This document shows positions 36,696 through 49,778 of a stretch of 64,000 bases of DNA, piece by piece; the first letter of the stretch is position 1, and the number at the start of each line of letters is the position of its first letter. The notes beneath the pieces are model-generated. The model was not told the DNA's origin. It made no database searches and saw only the letters and a program-made list of their open reading frames with translations. Origin of the DNA: Rozella allomycis CSF55 (lineage: Eukaryota); contig KE560384.1 of NCBI GenBank assembly GCA_000442015.1, forward strand, positions 1 through 64,000, given 5' to 3'. A program made the position numbers and the translations under genes.

Positions 36696-38570
36696 ATGGA
36701 CCTGGAGCTAGCACCAATATTAAGACCTAAATATGACGAGTTCAAAGATTCTATAAGGTTTATTAGCAATATATACTCACAAATATCTGAAATAGGAGCA
36801 TGCCAAGTTGTGCCACCAGCCGATTGGAAAAGAACAACAGGATTTGAATGCCTTGATCATCTTAACCAAGTAATAAAGAGATTGTCAGGTCATTAGTGTG
36901 AAATGCCGGTGTATTCTCAAAAACTTCATTTGATTAATGGGCTTCGAAGAGTAGATCACGGCTTGACTCAAAGTTTCGTTACATTCATAAAATCTTTTGG
37001 GGCTAATGGTCATGGAAAGTTATTTTTTATCGGAAAAAACATAAGTTGTTTTGAACTTTCAAACATTATTGATGAGTCTCAAGTAAATTTCTAGCTGGCC
37101 ACAATATTTAGTGGAATATGGAGAAAGTCATTGAAAAAATCGGTATTAATACAAATGAGACATTTGCCATTAAAGAAATTGGATTGTTCTTTGAATATCT
37201 ACTCCTGGTTAAGGAGGTGAAGGCAGAGGCTTTACAATGGGGAATGAGTGTGCACGATTTTTGTAATTCCGGTCTAGTTATCAAGGTTAATGACAGCAAA
37301 GTAAAGCTTTAGAAAATCATTAAACAAAGTTTGTTTGTAAATCATGCAATAAGCAAGTATATTTAAGAGAGTTGACCTTCTGCAGGGTTTGTAAAGACAG
37401 ATTTCACAGTTCGTGTGTATTATCCATTTCTTGCACCAACAAATATTATTGTGTGCGTTGTATTGTTTTGCCCGGGCATGCATTTAGTTTCGAGCAAGTT
37501 GAAGGGATGACAGTAAAAGAATTTGTTCAAAGCTGCGATAATACAGTCGGAAATGAATTGGAAACCGAAAAAGAATATTGGCAAATTTTGGATGCAGGAT
37601 GTTACAAGGCTCTATACGGAGCAAATATTGATTACAAAACATTGCAAAGTGGGTTTGATGATAACAAAAATGATCAATGGAGTCTTTTAAATTTGCCGCG
37701 CATGTCCCTTTTGAAATATTTGGCTAATGACATCCCTGGCCTGACTCACCCCTGGTTATACTTCGGTTCTAAATTTTCTACATTTTGCTGGCATATTGAA
37801 GATCATTCCTTGATGTCAATTAATTATTTACATTCAGGCGCTGTTAAAACGTGGTATATAATTCCACCTGAGTATTCCACTGCTTTTGAATTGTGTTTAC
37901 AAAAAACATTACCCCTTCTGTTCATTAGCCAGCCAAAACTTTTGTATCAGATGAATCTTATTCTTCCATTGGATGTATTGAAGAAGCATGGCATTCCTGT
38001 GTACAAAATAAACCAAGTCCCAGGGACATTTGTGATTACTTTTCCGAATTGTTACCATTCTGGATTCAACAATGGAGTAATGCCTATATTTGTTGAAAAA
38101 TAGTTCAATATTGCAGAGGCTGTTAATTTGGCTCTTCCGCAATGGATCCCATTCGCAATGCAAAGCCTAAATCGCTACGCCATTGACCAGCGACTTAATT
38201 TGTTAAGCGTTGATGAAATAATCATTCAAATGATTGAAAATGACGAAAAAATGTCATCCGAGTAAAAATAATCGAAATATTGGCTAGGATTGTATCCATT
38301 CTAATTGAACAAATATCTACCGAAATACGTATAAGAAGAGCCCTGATTGAGAAGTATGGGGAAGTAAAGATAAAAAAGAAACAAAAACGATATATGAATA
38401 AGCATGCATGTAATAATTGCAAAAAGATATTTTTCTTTTCTTATGCTGCTGTTCCTGAAGGCACTTTGTGCCTTTCTTGTATTCAAGATACTCCAGAATA
38501 CGTCGTTTACGGCCTTTCTAGCGACTATTTAACTTTTTTGTTGGAAAAAGTGAATAAAATCTATTGTTGA
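36696..38570 (+). CDS. KDM5/JARID1-type JmjC histone demethylase
   Basis: JmjN (APILRP..GACQVVPPADW), PHD-like Cys motif, JmjC FCWHIEDH...YHSGFN and C-terminal C5HC2-like region. Confidence 0.9.
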
Positions 38571-38792
38571 AAACCACAAGGCCTTTTTGCTATTTGAGTT
38601 TTTAGTATAATATTTTCATGAGGATGCTGATGAATTACAGCGTTTATAATTACCATCTGTTAGTCAACTATACACATGTGGTCCAGACACTGCGCAAGAA
38701 GAAGAGCTGAACTTTAAACCATTTGATCTCCAACGATTGAGATTAAAATGACCTGTCTGTTCACACATTCCTAAAATAATGTAAAGACAAAA

Positions 38793-39263
38793 TTAATAAG
38801 CTCTTTTATATAAATAATGGTCGTCATTTTTAGGATTGCTACGATGGGATCCTTTTACAAAGGGGATCTGTGGAATTTGCGATTTATCATTTCTTGATCT
38901 GTCAGTTGCAATCATTTTTTGTTTTTCTTCTGTATAAACTTGATGCATTTTGACTAAAAAAGACGAAATGCATGTATTACCTAACTCTTTGTAATTATAG
39001 AATGGCGGTAAATCTTTGGCGGACAAGTAGCTTTTATTTGAGCCATGCTGATCCACGCCCAGGAAATCCAATAATTTTTCATGCAGTTTTGGATTTTTAA
39101 AGCTCTTGTTTGCAAAAAGTTTTTCATTGAACGATAGGCCTGATGTAGTTTTAAGGTGATACCAATGTGCAAACTTGTGTTGAAGTGCATCTGATGCCTT
39201 ATTTGTGCTTTTTGGTATTATAACGCTGTCGGGGTTTGTTAAAAAGGGATAATAATCAGACAT
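38793..39263 (-). CDS. HCNGP/SAP30BP family protein
   Basis: SFNEKL..NKSFKNPKLHEKLLDFLGVDQHGSN motif; in-frame 27-nt intron. Confidence 0.85.
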   Translation of the reverse strand: MSDYYPFLTNPDSVIIPKSTNKASDALQHKFAHWYHLKTTSGLSFNEKLFANKSFKNPKLHEKLLDFLGVDQHGSNKSYLSAKDLPPFYNYKELGNTCISSFLVKMHQVYTEEKQKMIATDRSRNDKSQIPQIPFVKGSHRSNPKNDDHYLYKRAY

Positions 39264-39338
39264 TTAAATGTGGCTAATTTTTTAAGTGTCCCAGTGGATC
39301 AAATAGAAAATGGAATAAGTTCAATTTAATGAAAGAAT

Positions 39339-42300
39339 TTATTTGTCTACCTTTTCCTTTGAATTATTTTCGTTTTGATTTTCCAAGTCTTTATCATAGC
39401 CCAACAACCAATACGTTCTCATTGAACCTTTTCCCTGATTGCAAATAAAAGAGACTGTTACTTTCACTTGAATTTCACCTCTATATTCAGTTTTGAAACC
39501 GCTTAGTTTTTGAAGGGCATTGTAGGCGGACTCGCTGAGTTGAATTTTCATTGCTTCCGACGTACTCTCCATTCTAGATGCAACATTGATAGTGTCACCA
39601 AATAAGCAATATCTAATGATTGTAGGATTAAATAAGCATACCTTGGTAATTTTAATCCGACAACACCAGTGACACATGGACCTTTAATGTGCTTGAATAT
39701 TCATATGTTACCTAGTCGATGGTGATTACTTTATTAATTTACCTGTGTTGATACCAATTCTTATCTGTAGTTTGAAATCTGGTTTATGTGGCACTGTGAA
39801 ATTTTTGGCTTCTTCCAATAAATGAAGGGCCATTTTTGCGATTTCACCGACATGTTTAATTCCATTCCGTCTAGGCAAACCAGAAGCGACCATGTAGCTA
39901 TCACCTTTGATAAAACATATTGAAAGAATACCTATGTGAAGGATTAAAAATGGTTACCTATTGTTTCTACTTTATAAACGTCATATTGACCAATAATTTT
40001 ATCAAACATTGAATATAATTTATTCAAGAATTCAACTATTTGATTTGGAGTGCTTGAAGATGTCAAATCAGAATAGCCCACAACATCAGAAAAGTAGATT
40101 GTACATTCGTCAAACGATTCTGGCGGAACTGGGATTCCTAATTTGACTTTGATTTTTTAAAAAACCTTTTTGAAGATTTGAAGCAATTTGAGGCGGTAAA
40201 ATTTCTTGTAATAAATTCTTTGCATTTTTCTGGGCTGTAGCCAAAGCGCTAGCCACACCTTATGTTAAGAAATGAATAATGGGAAACCTTGATAATTTTA
40301 TTTTAACTATTTTACCTTTAATTTGAGTTTCTTTCATTATTCGAATTTCTTCTTCTCTCGCTTTGCTTTCTTCTTCTTCTGTTAAATCTCTAATGACCCC
40401 TGTAAAAATATGAAAATCTTCTTCCAAAACTTCAGTGACGGATAAACTAATAGGAAATTCATCTCCATTCTTTTTTCTCCCTGTTACTGTTCTTCCAATG
40501 CCAATAACTTTCTTAATCCCAGTATTTAAGTAATTTGACAGATAAGTGTCGTGATTTGTTGCGAATCTTTCTGGCATCAACATTTTAATGTTTTCTCCAA
40601 CAACTTCTTTTGCTGAATAGCCAAACATATTCTCTGCTGCTTGATTGAATCTTAAAATGATGCCATTCTTTCCAATGCTAACAATTCCATCCAAAACTGT
40701 ATTCAAAACTGAACTCAAAATTCTTCTTTCAACATGCATCTTCTTTTCTGACTCTCTAATAATCAAATTGGATTGTTTTTCTCTTTCCTGCATTGCTATA
40801 ATCTCCTCAATCTCTTTTCTATGATTGCTTCTAACAGTCTTCAAGTAATTTGATTGTTCTTCATCCAAAATTAATAATCTCTCGTTATGGTTTTGCTTCA
40901 TTTGATTGTATTCCTGTAAATGAATCATTTTTGAATCACCTAAATTCATTTCCTTCCTCTTTACCAACGCTTTGTGATTATTAATCATTTCTTCCAATTG
41001 CTTTTCCAATGATTGAATGTGCGAATCATTTTCTACTCCAAATTTATTATCAATTTCCAATTCTTCATTAAATGCCATCGATATCTCGGAATCATTGTCT
41101 GAAATATCTCCTGTAGACCCTTGTGATTGCAACCCCTGTGATTTGGATTTCGATTTGATCGATCTGTTTCTTGTATTATTATTCTTTTTAAAATCTCTCA
41201 TCTCTTCAAATTCATCCTCCTTTTCTTCATTCTCTTCAATCTCCTCCTCTAAGTCAACTTTACTCTTCATTAGCCATTTCTTTCCCCTCATTGACGCTTG
41301 AAGTAAATGTTCTCTTTGGAGTTGTTTCAACTGCATCTTTTGATTTCCCCTCAGTTTTTTCAAGTCATTCGCTTGCTCTGTCTTTATTTTCACCATCTTT
41401 ATTGTTTCCCTCAGGTTTTCAATCTTTTCTTTACTAGCACTAATCTCTGCCTTTTCATTCAACTCAATCTCTACAAAAGAAGAAGCTTGACTAAGCCCCA
41501 GAGATTGCAATTCTTCATAAAACTCTTCTTCTTTTTCTATTCGCTCTTTTCTTTGTCGCATTTCAATAATCTGAATCTCTCTCAATTGTTCACTCTTCTT
41601 TTTATTAATCACCTTCAAGTTATTCATTCTAAACTGGAAATCTTTCATCTTGTCCATCTGCTCATATTCCATCAAATGCTTAGATTCCAATTCATGAAAA
41701 ACTTGCTCATCTCTCATCAATCTCTCTTGCTCTTCTTGCAACTGCCTTTGCTCCCTGATATGTCTCTCCTCCATCTGAACAACTAAAGCTTCATTTGCTA
41801 ATCTCCTCATATCAACACTCTTCTTCAAATTTTCAGCAGCCATCCTACTCGCCTCCTGCTGATGAATCAACATGGCGCGACTCTTTGTCTCCTTGTACAT
41901 CTGCTTCTGAAGCCGCTTTGTGTTCCGCCTATTCTGACGCTCCTGCAATACTCTCAAATGATTCTGCTTCTTATGTTCCATCTCCTCTCTATGCCCCGCC
42001 TTCATCACACTCACCTCCTCCTCGCATCGTCTCTTGAAATACACATCTTCCTCTTTTCTATTTCATAAATTTTAAAAATTTTACCTGCTTAACTCAATCT
42101 CTGCCCTCTTGATCTCATTCTCCACCTCAATAGCATTTCTTCGTAATTCACCAATAATTTGATCAATCATGCACTGTTGTTTCTCTCGAAACATACGAGT
42201 TGCTTCCTCATTTGATAAAACATTCCCTTTATGACCAACTACTATGGGTTCAAATGTAGATGATCTGCTGGGCCGGTCGTTTGCTTGGACTCCTAGTTGG

Positions 42301-42401
42301 TCTATTGATTGTAAAATCTCTGACACTGACAATGATCTACTCAATTTTAATTGAGCTAGATCATTGGTACACTCTTTACTGGCTTTTCTACTGCTCTCCA
42401 T
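39339..42401 (-). CDS. Coiled-coil + PAS + class III guanylate cyclase
   Basis: After splicing: [39 protein letters not shown] and [21 protein letters not shown] domain at about 40390-40700. Confidence 0.92.
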
Positions 42402-42537
42402 TTCTTATTTCAATAATACAATTGTGCTTGGTTACAACAGAAAACAAATACGGTAACACTTTGACGACTTATAATATTCAACCAAAAATACATTGTAAAA
42501 GCTTAAATAAACAATGTAAGTGATAAAAGTCAATAAT

Positions 42538-43800
42538 TTAAACAGACTTTATTTGAGATATTTCACGAAATAATTCTTCCTCTTGTAATAGATGTATCAA
42601 TTGATTATGTCTAGTCAACATGAGCAATATTCCTTCGTAGCTTTGTTCCATAATTATTGGCGATAACACTTTTAGAATAGCTATCCTAATCAAAGGTCAC
42701 TTTTACCTATGCAGACTTTCAACAAAAAATCTTCGCCAAAATATATAAAGTTATCAAAAACTCTAAGATGCGTTTCATGATCGAGAATGGGAACGAACAA
42801 AGTCATCAACCATTGAATGGAAAAGTCATGCATTTCAACACATTCCCTTTTTAAATGAACATACAAGTTATATTCTTCATTAAACAAAATTTGTTCTAAT
42901 TGCTGTATGTATGGATTTATCTGTTATTATATTGATTAAATGGAATTTACCTTTTCCATTTGTAATGAATATAGAGACTTCAACAATGGGCATTCAATTA
43001 AATTTGCAAATTGTACAAAAGCAATCTCCTCTTGCAAATGTATTATTAGCGGATAAAGCACATAAGTCATTCCTTGAATCTACAACACACAAAAAGGAAA
43101 ATTACATATCCTTTTGAAGGCCTGAAAAACACATATGCCTCCAAAACCCTTTCAATTCTCTTCCGTCTTGTTCTTAGAACCGGACACCTGTCAATATCCA
43201 TTCCTATTAATTTCACAGTGTTCTCTTTGCCGATGGCAAATGGCTTTGCTGACATTAAGAATAGATTTGCTCTCTGCCGATATGTCGCAAAAACGGACAC
43301 TGTCAAGTGCAGATTGTTAGGTATCAGTTTTTGATATATTAAAGATCTGAAAATTCCCGGTATACCCTGAAAAAATGCCTCCTCCATTGAATATTGGTCT
43401 GATGTTTCCCTCTATTAATCTCACATCAATCTTACCCTTTTTGTAGATCAGGAATTATTCTTTTTCTCCATAATGTTGTTCGTGAATCTTTTAGGGACGA
43501 GTCTCTAGAATACGCTGAATCAGTTGTCGGAGTAGGCGATGGTGGGTATATGGCCGTTTCTATTTATAAAATTAAAGCTTTTTACCTGCAATCGACGTAT
43601 TATCACTTTTATGCTGAGAGTAGTAACTCGAATTTCTTCTTATATTTCTTTATTGATGTAATTAATTACGTTTTGTTAAGAAAAAGCAATTTTATTGGTT
43701 CTTATTATTTAGAAAAGAATATTGTACCCCAAAAACATACGTTAGAATATTTTTTAGTCGACGGCTCTCTCCTGGTTGGTTTCAGACAACCGGTGTTCAT
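42538..43800 (-). CDS. Second TBC-domain Rab GAP with intact catalytic fingers
   Basis: GIPGIFRSLIY, IGMDIDR (R finger), GYIQGM (Q finger) and LRVFD motifs. Confidence 0.8.
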
Positions 43801-43937
43801 TAATTTGGAAATTTTGCAATTTAATTTGTTTTGAATGAAATTTTGATGGTATTGACATTCATTTTGATTTTTTTACCAATAGCTGAATTTATTTTGACCG
43901 CTTGTACGGTGATAATCGTTTCTGTAAATTTCACAAC

Positions 43938-44599
43938 ATGCCTTTGAAGATTCTTCCTAAGAAAACGTAACATATAGTATAAATAGTTATAAGATTTCAT
44001 GTTCAAAAACCAGAAAATCTTGAAAAAGTTAGACATGATGAAGAGGAACACAGAATAATGGAAGAAAGGAAGCTAATGCGCAGGGAGCAAAATGAAAGAG
44101 AATTCCGTCTAGAGCTTATGAGGAAGAAAATGAAAAGTGAAGATGCTTTCGATGAAACACCCAGACCTTTTAGTATTCTGGATGCGCCGATAGTTTCTGC
44201 AATAGAAACGAGCACGGAGAAAATGATTAGAGATAGAAAGAAGGAAATGCATTCACTGAAAACAAAGTTAAAGGATAAACATGGTACCTTAATATATTTA
44301 ATTTCTCTTTAGTTGAAAAGCCTTGGTACACGACCAATTTTGAGAATTCTCAGGAGACCCCATCCCTATCAACATCCCAGGCAAAAAGGCTTCATGAAGA
44401 AGATCCATTGACGGCATTTAAAAAATCAAAAATGAGTCCAGGAGAAAAGCCAGCCAATAGCACAAAAAGAATTGTTTCTAGCTCCACCACTATGGATAAA
44501 TTACGGCGGGAACGTTTTGAAAGGGAGAGGCGAGAGAGACAAAGAAGCTTAAACATTCTCGCCTCAAGAAATCGTTCAATACATGGAAAAGAACGTTGA
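43938..44599 (+). CDS. LENG1-like protein (CIR_N domain)
   Basis: Spliced MPLKILPKKTFHVQKPENLEKVRHDE; KPWY; LRRERFERE. Confidence 0.8.
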
Positions 44600-44622
44600 T
44601 AAGTTTTGAAATAAATTTAATT

Positions 44623-45087
44623 TTATTCTGCTCCTTCTGTTGCTGCAGTTAACTCTACAAGCAATTGCCAATCACTTGGATTGTCCAGGTTTACCGATTG
44701 TTTAAGTGCAGCTATGGCTTCTTGTTTTCCTGAAATATTTATTCAATATTTTTACTATTTAACGCGATGCATGCCCTGGCAATTATTTGATAAGCATTAT
44801 ACTAAATACTTTTGATTTTAACCATTTACATTAAGAGGGTCCAATTCAACACTCTTCTGTAAGCAATCAATCGCGCGAAGAAATTCCTTTTTATTGTAAA
44901 ATGCCACTCCGCATCTAAACCACCCGACTGAATTTCTTGGAATTGACCCAACCCTTAATAATAGCCATTCTTCAACTGGGAGATTTTTATCATCAATTTC
45001 TTTTATTTGTTCATTTATTGCTTCATTATCAGCTTATTTTGATCAAAATTATATTTTACCATGAGTGTCTGCAATCATTGTGGGCAT
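44623..45087 (-). CDS. Small TPR-repeat protein
   Basis: WFRCGVAFYNKKEFLRAIDCLQKSVELDP plus a second TPR across 26-28 nt introns; start uncertain. Confidence 0.7.
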
Positions 45088-45874
45088 GTCAATGTGGCTT
45101 ACCATCTTTGTGTAAGAAAAATACATGAAGCAAGAAGATATCGCCAAAGAAATGCTGGTAGCTTCAAAGACAGTGTATTTATTAACATAGTTTTAGATTT
45201 AGATCAATAATTTACACAGATTTTGATGCATTTACACTTTTCATTGTGTGCGTGCTCTGCCTGAAAAATAGATTTTGGTTTCCTGTTTTTATATTCTCAT
45301 TCTTTGAAACTATACAATATATTTTCATCAGATTCAATTGGCCGTTAAGGTCATTCATATATTCCTTCAGTACTATTATATTCCTTAGTTTCTTTTTTGA
45401 AGCAAATGTGTGTATATTTTTTAGTGATTCCATTATTGCACGACTTTTTTGGATTACATATTTAGTTAGAAACTTGAACAAAAGGGTATTGCTATTCTGG
45501 GAATGTCAACAAATCATTGGGGCGAGAATTAAAGGAATAGATTTCATATTAGTTCTAATAGCCACTTTTCACATCTGTTTTTATGAATTCTATCCTATAT
45601 CTGCCTTGTTCTATGGCTTATTGGTGTATGGTATTCAAAAGCCCTTTATGGAAATGTAATTAATATTTATATTAAAATACAGTATTCGCCACGTAGTTTG
45701 GAAAGAAGAGCCTTTAAAGGGTGGAGTAATAAAGGTTGATATTTTTGGTGTGCCATATTTGGTACTAATAGACAATAAATAATTTGAAATTTGAATTAAT
45801 TTAATTAAAGACCCCATTGTTTACATGAAGATTTAAGGTTAGATTAAAGGATGTTTGTAACTGAGCCACACAGA

Positions 45875-47557
45875 ATGGGATGCCGAATTTCAACTCTTAA
45901 AAATAATGACATACAGCGCTCAAGAACAAAGAGCAAATCTTCAGTATCTCTAGTTGAATCCATTACAGAAATATTTATTACAGCAGCGGAGGAAAAGTCT
46001 TTTATGCTAGTCGTTGATTCATTATCAAAGCAAAATGATTGTATTTCACTTTCTTCTTTCACAGTAAGTGATAGCTTTATAATTTTATCACAGGAATATT
46101 TGGAACTGAACCCAGAGTTTTCTAAGCTTATGTATAAAATGATGGCCACAGAAGACTTAAATCTGAGAGCGCAAGATATGCTTTCATTTTTAAATTGCCT
46201 TTTTGATATGTTTTGGACTCCTACATCGCCCAAAATGACGTCAACAGTATCATTACACTCTCCAAACGGAAGTCAACCATTGCCAGCCACACAAAAGAGG
46301 ATTGCAAGACGTTCCTTGTCTTTTTCTAGACATTATAGATATGATAGGAGATCGATGCTTAGTTACATTCTCATGTCCAGTTTTTATGATGCAAGTAATA
46401 GTTACTGGAAGAATGAAAAACCTCGCCTTACCAACGAATTTGAATTTGAACTTATGGATGATATCATTATTACTAAAAAGCAGGTAGTTTTTCTGTTGTC
46501 TGTTGTTGCCGATGTCGCTCTGCGCGATTATAGCATGGTCAATAACCTTAAAGCCGCCAAATCATTTGACCAGGGTCATTTGAATGAATTGATTGAAAAT
46601 ATATTTTTAGAAACGTCTAGCAAATCAGAAATTAAGTTTAGAGATTTGTATGAATGGTTTGACAAAAACAGCCCACAATTTTTTAACCCTCTCGATGTTC
46701 ACATATACACAAAGTTTTTCTGTAATTCGGAAGAGGCAGTTAAGGGATACCGTGGACCTTTATCAGTGATTCCTTGCGTAGATGGCATGTCCTCATTTTT
46801 AACGGCAGAAGAGGTTTGCATGATATCAACGGCGCTTCCAGTCAGTTATTTGTTTAAGCATCACAAAACTGTCCCAGCTCAAAGATCCATGCTCCACCCT
46901 CAATGGAAAAAGATATTTAGTTCCCATGATTACGGCCATTCAATTAAGCAGTTTGAGTTCTATTGTGTAGATTATCCAGCACCATCTATTCTGTTCATTC
47001 ACGCAGAGGATCGTAAGACAAAAGAAGCCATGATAGTGGGTGCATACATAAATCAACCATGGAAATCTAGAAGGCTTTATTGGGGAGATAGAGAATGCTT
47101 CGTTTTTGAACTCTCTCCGCACTTTGAGATTCTTCACACAAAGCCGATGGGTGAAACTAACTACGTTTCATTCAGCTATCAAAATGGTAACAATGTTTAT
47201 CGCGTTTAAATAGGAATCGGGTTCGGCGGTTCTGAAAAGGACGGCTTTATGTTTTCTATTGAAAATACATTAATGAATGGCGCTTTCTTATCTTCTAAAG
47301 GTAATACATACCATGCTAGTAGGCACCGTATCTTCCATGTGGACTTGGATATTATTTGCGTGGAAGTTTATGGACTAGGTGGACCAGATGCCTTTGATCG
47401 TTGGAAGAAAGAAAAGCATTACAATGAAATTCATGCTGAAAATCGAAGAAATGTGAATGTTAAACAAGATGTGGAAGTTGAGAAAGTGTTACTGGAAATG
47501 ATGGGAACTCACGAGTTTCAAGAAAAGCCAAGAATAAATGACTTTACAACTCAATAA
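45875..47557 (+). CDS. TLDc-domain protein (Rtc5/MEAK7-like)
   Basis: MGC myristoylation-type start; TLDc motifs IFSSHDYGHS, WGDRECFVFELSP, GIGFGG and VEVYGLGG. Confidence 0.85.
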
Positions 47558-47692
47558 AGGAATTTCAAATTCAGGCTAATACATATTTATTAGAAAGTAC
47601 AGTTATTAAATTGCAGATGAATCTATTCAAATTTCAAAACAAAAAATATAATACTAAACGAATTAGTGATCGGATGACGGATCGTACTATCG

Positions 47693-49149
47693 ATGTGCTT
47701 TTTGCTAATTAAATCTCCCTGTCCTTATGAAAATCTTATAAATTTCGCATTTTCTGTATATGCAATTTGGGGAATTCTTCTTGATGGAATTAATAAGTTA
47801 TCTGTGCATCTTTTTTCTAAAAACTATGCGTGGGTATGAATCAAAATATTCTAGGTACTACTATTTTTTTTCATACTCTTGAAATAACCAAAGGGGGAAT
47901 CAGCATATTTTTGGCCTGATATTGATGAATTTGTTACAAAGTACTTTTATTCAAATCTAAAAAAAGAAAATATCTTATTTAGCAGCGTCAAGCTTTATTT
48001 TTTGCTCTGTCTACTTTGCATACAGTTTCCAATTTGGTCACTATTCGTTGTTCCATTTGTTTTCTCCGTTTTAAAAACTCCAAGCTTTATAGACTTCACT
48101 TTCTTTGCTGTATTTTTTGGTTTTTTCTTCTTTGCGTGCGCAAAGTCATTCACATTGCTAGAATCATTTGTGTTAACGTTTGTATGCATTAGTGCGATTC
48201 GCAGTGACATCTTTCAGAATATCAATTATATTGCATTATATATATTTGCATTGTACTCCTTCAGTATTATTTTCCATCGATTATTCCATTTAAGCACCGA
48301 TTTCTTGCGACTTGTCTTTTTCATAGTTTCAATGGCTTTCGCCTACCCAATGTTATTAGAAATATCAAAGTAAGGTGAGTGATAAAATCTTTAAAACAGC
48401 TTATTTAAGTACATATCAACCAAGGAAAAACTATTAGTTATCCTCTCTTGGTTAGCGATTGTTTTGAGTGGCATTTTGCTTTCTATGTATTCAATATACT
48501 CAAAGTGGTTGTTGACAATAACAAGAAAGATCTTTCATTTTTCAATGTGCGCGGTCTTTCTTATTGGCTACAGTCTTGACGTAATTAGCTAAAACTATAT
48601 ATTTAGTTCCAATTCATGAAAATTGCTATGAGTTGCATTATTTTACTATTTTTATTCATGGAATATTTCAGGATATCGAAGATATTCCCTGTTTTAAGCG
48701 ATCTGCTAGAAAAAGGATTAAGACCATTTACGAATCATGTTGATAGTGGGGCTATAATTTTCTCACACATTTCTCTCATTCTTGCATTTTGGTATCCTGC
48801 GTTTATTGGGTTCAATGATTCCACGATAACGGTATTTGCTGGTTTTCAAACAGTCGGTCTTTGTGATTCGATGGCATCAATTATAGGCAGCATCTTTGGT
48901 ACGACTAGATTTAAGAATAATCGAAAATCTATTGAAGGCTCTTTGGCCTTCTTTTCAGCTATGCTTCTGTCAACCATTGCTATTTCGCTTGTCACAAGGA
49001 CGAAATTGTATCTTGTAAACATTCTCATTAAAAGTATTATAACAAGTAAATATAAAAATCTATCAATAAAATTAGCAGCTGTTGAAGCATATCTTGAAGA
49101 AAACGACAATATAATTCTTCCATTAATCTCAATAAACTTTTCTTTATAA
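47693..49149 (+). CDS. SEC59: Dolichol kinase (5' exons uncertain)
   Basis: RKIFHF, DSGAIIFSH, GLCDSMASIIG...KSIEGS and NDNIILP motifs. Confidence 0.85.
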
Positions 49150-49418
49150 ACTATTAAGCATCCTAAGTGAAACACCTCGAAGTCGGCTAGAATTTTTCTT
49201 ATCACTGCTTGCAAAAAATGAAAATCCATGATATATGCAATTAATTTCCTTCAATCGTCATAAAACTGTTAAAGAAACAGTAAATAATTGTCAATTGCGC
49301 GCTAAACGCTTTTTCGTGAGATCTTCCGTTCCAAAAGAAACAAGTAGTTTGAATGCAGAGAAGGAATACGTTGAAAAATCCCCGAAAAAATCGCGATGAG
49401 GAAAAGATTGGATAAAAA

Positions 49419-49500
49419 CGACACAGGAGAGATTCGAACTCTCGCTCCCAGAGGGAATTGGCTTAGCAGGCCAACGCAATAGCCACTATGCGACTGTGTC
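49419..49500 (-). tRNA. tRNA-Ser (GCT)
   Basis: GACACAG/CTGTGTC acceptor stem, anticodon arm TTGGC-CTGCTAA-GCCAA, long variable arm, GTTCGAATC T-loop, followed by a T-run. Confidence 0.95.
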
Positions 49501-49778
49501 TCCTGTTCAAGGACAGGTTGTAAAATTCTTGGAGGCATATCAAATATGAAACGTATTGTATCAATTATGAAATAGGATTTCTTATTGAGGTTTCATATAT
49601 TGACTTAGTTCTCCTTGGGATATAGTTGTTTGGCATTGCTAATGACTTAATCTATATTGTTTTCGTGTGGGGCACTAAGTGTAAGCCATTACGAAAATGC
49701 GACATTGATAACTTTATTTGCGGATTTTGAAAGACTAAAATTACACAATTTCAAAAACATAAATCTGAAAATTTTGAG

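Noticed and set aside
45100-45760. Possible additional minus-strand gene
   Set aside because: Partial ORFs and splice-like sites exist, but I found no consistent model or family motif.
47830-47893. Possible further twin intron in the dolichol kinase 5' region (CTAG|GTAC at 47854/47855)
   Set aside because: The region is poorly conserved and I could not fix the reading frame, so the boundaries are unsupported.
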